Assembly (NCBI RefSeq): GCF_009914755.1
Contig: NC_060938.1
Origin: the human T2T-CHM13v2.0 reference genome, Homo sapiens
DNA length: 64,000 nucleotides
Reading direction: 5' to 3' (one strand)
Shown: positions 59,524 through 64,000 of the stretch, piece after piece
Numbering within the stretch: position 1 is the first letter of the stretch
How the letters are laid out: every line of letters begins with the position of its first letter
The notes under the pieces: generated by a model
The model's database searches: none
The model's input: only the letters and a program-made list of their open reading frames with translations
Told to the model about the DNA's origin: nothing
Program-made: the position numbers and the translations under genes

Positions 59524-61692
59524 ATGGCAGTGGATGGGACCCTCGTGTACATCAGAGTCACTCTTCTGCTGCTCTGGCTTGGGGTATTTTTGTCTATTTC
59601 CGGCTACTGTCAGGCTGGGCCCTCCCAGCATTTCACTTCCCCGGAAGTGGTGATCCCCTTGAAGGTGATCAGCAGGGGCAGAAGTGCAAAGGCTCCTGGA
59701 TGGCTCTCCTATAGTCTGCGGTTTGGGGGCCAGAAACACGTTGTTCATATGAGGGTCAAGAAGCTCTTGGTTTCTAGACACCTCCCAGTGTTCACCTACA
59801 CAGATGAGCGTGCCCTCCTGGAGGATCAGCTCTTCATCCCAGATGACTGTTACTATCATGGTTACGTGGAGGCAGCCCCTGAGTCTCTGGTTGTGTTCAG
59901 TGCTTGTTTTGGGGGCTTTCGAGGAGTATTAAAAATAAGTGGCCTCACTTATGAAATTGAACCCATCAGGCACTCTGCCACATTTGAACACCTGGTTTAT
60001 AAGATAAACAGTAATGAGACACAATTCCCAGCTATGAGATGTGGCTTAACAGAGAAGGAAGTAGCACGCCAACAGTTGGAATTTGAAGAGGCTGAGAACT
60101 CAGCTCTGGAACCAAAATCTGCTGGTGACTGGTGGACTCATGCATGGTTTCTGGAGCTAGTTGTTGTGGTGAACCATGATTTCTTCATTTACTCTCAAAG
60201 CAACATCTCAAAGGTGCAAGAGGATGTATTTCTTGTTGTCAACATAGTGGATTCCATGTATAAGCAGTTAGGTACTTACATAATTTTGATTGGAATTGAA
60301 ATTTGGAATCAAGGAAATGTTTTCCCAATGACAAGCATAGAACAGGTCCTGAACGATTTCTCTCAATGGAAACAAATCAGTCTTTCCCAGCTACAGCATG
60401 ATGCTGCACATATGTTCATAAAAAATTCACTTATAAGTATACTTGGCCTAGCCTATGTTGCAGGAATATGTCGTCCACCTATTGATTGTGGAGTTGATAA
60501 TTTTCAAGGAGATACCTGGTCTCTTTTTGCCAACACTGTGGCCCATGAGTTAGGTCATACGTTGGGTATGCAGCATGATGAAGAATTCTGTTTTTGTGGG
60601 GAAAGAGGTTGCATCATGAATACTTTTAGAGTGCCAGCAGAGAAATTCACCAATTGCAGTTACGCTGATTTTATGAAGACCACCTTAAACCAGGGATCAT
60701 GTCTGCATAATCCTCCAAGATTGGGGGAAATCTTTATGCTAAAGCGCTGTGGGAATGGTGTGGTTGAAAGAGAAGAGCAGTGTGACTGTGGATCCGTACA
60801 GCAGTGTGAACAAGACGCCTGTTGTCTGTTGAACTGCACTCTAAGGCCTGGGGCTGCCTGTGCTTTTGGGCTTTGTTGCAAAGACTGCAAGTTCATGCCA
60901 TCAGGGGAACTCTGTAGACAAGAGGTCAATGAATGTGACCTTCCAGAATGGTGCAATGGAACATCTCATCAGTGTCCAGAAGATAGATATGTGCAGGACG
61001 GGATCCCCTGTAGTGACAGTGCCTACTGCTATCAAAAGAGGTGTAATAACCATGACCAGCATTGCAGGGAGATTTTTGGTAAAGATGCAAAAAGTGCATC
61101 TCAGAATTGCTATAAAGAAATCAATTCTCAGGGAAACCGTTTTGGTCACTGTGGTATAAATGGCACAACATACCTAAAATGTCATATCTCTGATGTCTTT
61201 TGTGGGAGAGTTCAATGTGAGAATGTGAGAGACATTCCTCTTCTCCAAGATCATTTTACTTTGCAGCACACTCATATCAATGGTGTCACCTGCTGGGGTA
61301 TTGACTATCATTTAAGGATGAACATATCTGACATTGGTGAAGTGAAAGATGGTACTGTGTGTGGCCCAGGAAAGATCTGCATCCATAAGAAGTGTGTCAG
61401 TCTGTCTGTCTTGTCACATGTCTGCCTTCCTGAGACCTGCAATATGAAGGGGATCTGCAATAACAAACATCACTGCCACTGTGGCTATGGGTGGTCCCCA
61501 CCCTACTGCCAGCACAGAGGCTATGGGGGCAGTATTGACAGTGGCCCAGCATCTGCAAAGAGAGGAGTTTTTTTGCCGCTGATTGTGATTCCTTCTTTGT
61601 CTGTTTTGACTTTCCTGTTTACTGTCGGGCTTCTTATGTATCTACGACAATGTTCTGGTCCCAAAGAAACTAAGGCTCATTCATCAGGTTAA
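59524..61692 (+). CDS. ADAM21: ADAM metallopeptidase domain 21 (722 aa), entire CDS in one exon
   Basis: The first in-frame ATG is at 59524 (ataATGG); the ORF-track start at 59464 is a GTG. Domains in order: signal peptide (VTLLLLWLGVFLSISGYCQA), prodomain with cysteine-switch-like MRCGL, reprolysin zinc motif HELGHTLGMQHD (from 60544) and Met-turn CIM, disintegrin (CGNGVVEREEQCDCG...ECDLPEWC), Cys-rich, EGF-like, TM (VFLPLIVIPSLSVLTFLFTVGLLMYL) and a short tail. The sequence matches my recollection of human ADAM21. Confidence 0.97.
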   Translation: MAVDGTLVYIRVTLLLLWLGVFLSISGYCQAGPSQHFTSPEVVIPLKVISRGRSAKAPGWLSYSLRFGGQKHVVHMRVKKLLVSRHLPVFTYTDERALLEDQLFIPDDCYYHGYVEAAPESLVVFSACFGGFRGVLKISGLTYEIEPIRHSATFEHLVYKINSNETQFPAMRCGLTEKEVARQQLEFEEAENSALEPKSAGDWWTHAWFLELVVVVNHDFFIYSQSNISKVQEDVFLVVNIVDSMYKQLGTYIILIGIEIWNQGNVFPMTSIEQVLNDFSQWKQISLSQLQHDAAHMFIKNSLISILGLAYVAGICRPPIDCGVDNFQGDTWSLFANTVAHELGHTLGMQHDEEFCFCGERGCIMNTFRVPAEKFTNCSYADFMKTTLNQGSCLHNPPRLGEIFMLKRCGNGVVEREEQCDCGSVQQCEQDACCLLNCTLRPGAACAFGLCCKDCKFMPSGELCRQEVNECDLPEWCNGTSHQCPEDRYVQDGIPCSDSAYCYQKRCNNHDQHCREIFGKDAKSASQNCYKEINSQGNRFGHCGINGTTYLKCHISDVFCGRVQCENVRDIPLLQDHFTLQHTHINGVTCWGIDYHLRMNISDIGEVKDGTVCGPGKICIHKKCVSLSVLSHVCLPETCNMKGICNNKHHCHCGYGWSPPYCQHRGYGGSIDSGPASAKRGVFLPLIVIPSLSVLTFLFTVGLLMYLRQCSGPKETKAHSSG

Positions 61693-61901
61693 GAAAATGT
61701 CTCTAACTTAATATTCCATGCATTAGTACACTTTAGTCTCTTGGCAGTAGAAACATTAGTACATCCCTGAAACTGAGCACATTTCTGACCATTTCCAGAA
61801 AGCTGCAAAGATCTTCCCTTACATTAGTACCACAAACATTGTCATTAAGTTCAAGTTATTCTTAACATGTTTCTATCTATTGTTTATTGTTTTAAGCAGC
61901 A

Positions 61902-61907
61902 AATAAA
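61902..61907 (+). terminator. ADAM21: ADAM21 polyadenylation signal
   Basis: AATAAA about 210 nt after the stop codon, followed by a GT-rich downstream element (tccttgttgtgtttcttgtg, 61931-61950). Confidence 0.8.
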
Positions 61908-64000
61908 GCTACATCCTTCCCTCCCTTTAGTCCTTGTTGTGTTTCTTGTGCATAGAGATGACTTATGGGAAATGTATGAGATGTTTCTGCCTCAGAGTGT
62001 CCAGGGGTGAGGCTTACCTCTCTACTGACATTTATCAATGTGGGAAAATTACTTAAATTTTCTGATGTTCTGCTTCAAAATCTGAAAAGGGGTAGGGTTC
62101 ATAATAATATTTGTCCCACCCAACTTCTTGGTTTTATTTGGTAACCAAAAGAGAGAAATAAGTGAATTTTTGTTAAGTATAAACAGATTGTTATCTGATG
62201 AAATCTCCTGATCTTGCTCCCTGTGTGCTTCCTAGCTCTTTGTCTTAATTTGGCAGTTTGGATATCCTTTTGGAGCATTTGCTTGCTTCACATACCAAAA
62301 TATAATCTCCATGAGGGTGGGGTTGTTTTCATCTGTTTTGCTCATCATTGTATCCTTGATAGCCGGAACAGTGCACAGTGCTTACTACACAATAAATACT
62401 TAAATGAAATCATGAATCTGAATGGAGTATTAAATAAATGAAATTATGAAAAGTAAAAATAATATTTTGATACCTTGGGATGTCATTCTGATCCTCTTTT
62501 TTAAACTACTGGAGCTCTTGCTCAAAATTAAACTTTGAATATTTAAAATGCTGCTGTTTGTACCTGGTGCAGTTTGCTGGTCTTTTCTTCCCCCAGTGTA
62601 TCTTCTCCGTCTATTCTCAGTGTTTTTGGAAAGCCTGTCTCTTGAAAACACAGAGTGAGTCAGATACCCTTTGTATTGATCAGTTAACTTCTGAATGGCA
62701 CTCTGTAAATTGAGTCAAAATACCTTTTGCATATCATTTTTCATTATGCTTTGCCAACTTTGCATCTTCTATCTATTTCATGTTTAGAATATATTTGGCT
62801 GTGTCATTCTCTGCATATTTGTACATGAAATCCCCATTCCCAAAATGCTGTTTACCACCCTGCCCCTACTCCCTTGCCCTGGAAAACTCCTATTTTCTCT
62901 CAATAGAGGTTAAATGTTATATCTTCGTAGAAGCATTCCTTATGAAATGGTAAGTGTTCCACTTGTGTGCCCCATCACTTTGTGGTCACCCCTTTATGAT
63001 TTGATGTCCTCTAGGAATAGAGATGGAGAGGGTCCAACAATGTGCTAGCAAAAAGAAGCAGAGGACAGCTACTGGAGCCATACAAGGAGGGAGGAGTGAA
63101 TCAAGAATACAATCTGGTCAAATCAGAGAAAGCTCCACATGTTGTAAGTGTACACATCCATATGGAGACAAAAGATAGCTGCTCCAGTTTATTGGTTCTT
63201 TTTTGAAAAGCTTTATGGTAAAAAGCCATTGAAGTTGATTACGGTAAAATTTGTCAGCCTAATGTTCTTTTATATTTGCCGAGTTTTGTATTTCTGCTTG
63301 AGATTACTTTTCTGGGATTATGTTGGTTTCAGCTCTTATGCTTAATTGTGGAATTTATTTTGCTATAAGGAATGAGATAGGTATCTAATTGTATACTTTT
63401 CCAAATGGGTAGCCTGTTGTCCTGATACACTTCATAGAATAAATCCTTTATCACTGCTTTGCTGGTAAATTGGTATCCTGTATTGTATTTTAAAGTTAAT
63501 TTGTTAGAGTCACCTTATTTTACTTGTAAATTTTTACAAGAAGCAGTGCATTTTGCAATATTCTTATTTTAAGAAAAGCTGCATAGTTATTTTATATTCA
63601 TTGAGTTAATTAGAGCTATATCAGTCAATTATATCAGGATTGGTGGGTAGAATTAACCTTTTTATAAGAAGCATAGAGTCTTACCACCTGTTTTAATTTG
63701 GATTGCCCAAAAAGCAGACCCAGAGACAAGGATTTAGGTGGAGTTAGTTTTCTGGGGAAGCACAAAACAGGGCAGACTAATGAACAAGTTTTCTCTGTGT
63801 ACTACTGGAGTCATCCCTGTAGGCTTTCTGAGAAGTCATGTGAAACACACCTTTGATTAATATTCCATGGTTCAGGAGAAAGCTGTAAGGAAAAGAATAT
63901 CTGAGATATAAGCATGTGAAGTAGTAAACTCTCAGAGCATGAAGATTGTCTACTGTGGCTGCAAGTGAACTCAAGTGGGACAAGAAGATGGAGGGTGGGC

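Noticed and set aside
59440-61159. Antisense and alternative-frame ORFs overlapping ADAM21
   Set aside because: Shadow ORFs of a real CDS with no independent evidence.

Overview
This is primate DNA, almost certainly human. The gene pair matches the SYNJ2BP-ADAM21 locus, which I recall as chr14q24.2. Two host genes are supported. On the minus strand are the first coding exon and promoter of SYNJ2BP (ATG at 19073, encoding MNGRVDYLVTEEEINLTRGPS|G); positions 1-19009 are its intron 1. On the plus strand is the complete single-coding-exon ADAM21 (59524-61692, 722 aa), with a probable non-coding first exon near 54.2 kb. Most of the remainder is transposon-derived: Alus, L1 fragments, MER4-group ERV remnants, MER41A/B, LTR8, MER9, MADE1 MITEs and two AT-rich VNTRs. 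At 27-52 kb there is a nest of retroviruses, in which a gag-deleted HERV3/ERV3-family provirus (two LTRs, TTAA target-site duplication) sits inside the 5' LTR of an RT-deleted HERV-L provirus, itself next to MER4 and MER61 remnants. I found no convincing new protein-coding system. Most ORFs in the track come from repeats. The best leads are regulatory or structural: the nested provirus LTR swap, an ERV3-like env that keeps its TM anchor, a GAS-bearing MER41B upstream of SYNJ2BP, a MADE1/SETMAR-site cluster, a template-switch scar around a 27-bp VNTR, and ADAM21 uORFs. Repeat family names come from recalled consensus sequences, not a database search. Repeat edges without a cited TSD are approximate.
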